A stretch of 64,000 bases of DNA from Klebsormidium nitens. Lineage: Eukaryota; Plantae; Klebsormidiophyceae. Position numbers and translations under genes: made by a program. Under the pieces are notes generated by a model. The model saw only the letters and a list, made by a program, of their open reading frames with translations. It was not told where the DNA came from and ran no database searches. The stretch is from contig DF237212.1 of NCBI GenBank assembly GCA_000708835.1, positions 54,734 to 118,733 of the forward strand, written 5' to 3'. Shown in pieces: positions 63,010 through 64,000 of this stretch (within the stretch, counting starts at the first letter, position 1; each line of letters opens with the position of its first letter).

Positions 63010-64000
63010 CAGAAGCTAGCTACAGCAGCCCGACTATAAGCTGACCCAAATTCCCCTTTCCTGGGATTGATCAACACCTCGTTGTTACTTGTCGCATGAG
63101 ATCAGAATGTGAAATGCTAGACCACCTCCAATGTCTTACTTTGATGACACCAGATTGTGGAAGAAATTCGACTTGAAGTTGAGTTTCTAGAAAGGCACGT
63201 TGCCCACAAGCAAATCTGCAGGTAAGCCGCTTTCGTCCCAATACCTTGAAACAAACGTGAATCGAAACTGACCACCACCTCCTATGCAGCTCACAGCGAA
63301 GGTGTTAAGAACTACGGTACTACCAAGTATGAGATGACTTCAGGTACTTTAGCCAGACACTGGGCAGATCAAGCTACCTAGCAAGGCGCCCTCTGGCCAG
63401 GCTCCTACATGCAGCCTTCACTGCTTCAGCACACGAGCTGTTCCAGACCGCTGCACTCCTGCAGAACCTGAGCAAAACCCTCTTCACTCCGACCGGGTTA
63501 AGGTAGGTTAAGGGTACCCGGCCTATTGGCAACGGTTCGCGAAAGCTGCCGTTCCTTTGAAATATCAGTGCCCTTTCCCAGAGTATACTCCCGAGTGGGC
63601 CTACCAAATGAAGTTCAGGCTTATCTGGACGGCCAGGATCGCCCCGGACGGATCGTACGGTGGAAATGCGTTAACGCTCGTGCCGGATTCGACAGTGACG
63701 GTAAATTCTGTTGCATGTACCGTAGAGGACGCCACGTCACCACCCCCACGACGATTTCCGGACATTTTCTCGATCACCCGCGCGTCGAAACGGTCGGGAC
63801 TTAAGGCTAACCGACCGGGCACCACCGAGCGAGGTCGGTGCTCAGGGACTTAGGGAGACTGTGTTGAGTCCAAAAGGCAACTTCGAGGGCCCGGTAAAAT
63901 CGGACCGGGTAGCAGGAGGTAGGTGGAGGCGCACGGGGCTTAGGGAGGTCCGCCCCCCTTAGGGTAGGCCAAGGAAGGGTGGTAACTATGGAGTCTGATG

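Overview
Intron-rich eukaryotic nuclear DNA (GT-AG introns, 16 genes or gene fragments in 64 kb). Plant-type orthologues (SKIP16, Trx-x, plant-type POLD3, RCI2/PMP3) plus the intron density point to a streptophyte green alga such as Klebsormidium; this assignment is inference only. Genes were spliced by hand, in order: 3' end of a DnaJ; a membrane-anchored glycerophosphodiester phosphodiesterase; a small Ser/Pro-rich hypothetical protein; F-box SKIP16; an ACT-domain threonine/serine dehydratase; four tandem PMP3/RCI2 proteolipid genes with ABRE cores; a FYVE-like + coiled-coil + PH protein; a TTP-type tandem CCCH protein joined to a SAC3/GANP (THP3/LENG8-like) domain; Trx-x; POLD3; an Arc1p/AIMP1-like tRNA-binding protein; an uncharacterised type-I membrane protein; and an ERGIC/Erv41-46 protein. 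Best novelty candidates: (1) the cell-surface precursor at 51.5-57 kb, with two IPT/TIG-like domains, six acidic 'EIxxExxxIGEGLSG' repeats and several RxLx/RRxL processing motifs; (2) the tandem CCCH-SAC3/GANP fusion, whose junction lies inside one exon; (3) the FYVE-like-PH protein with an altered PI3P pocket. I found no rRNA, tRNA, CRISPR array or autonomous transposon by eye. Homology calls are from memory of family motifs, not database searches.
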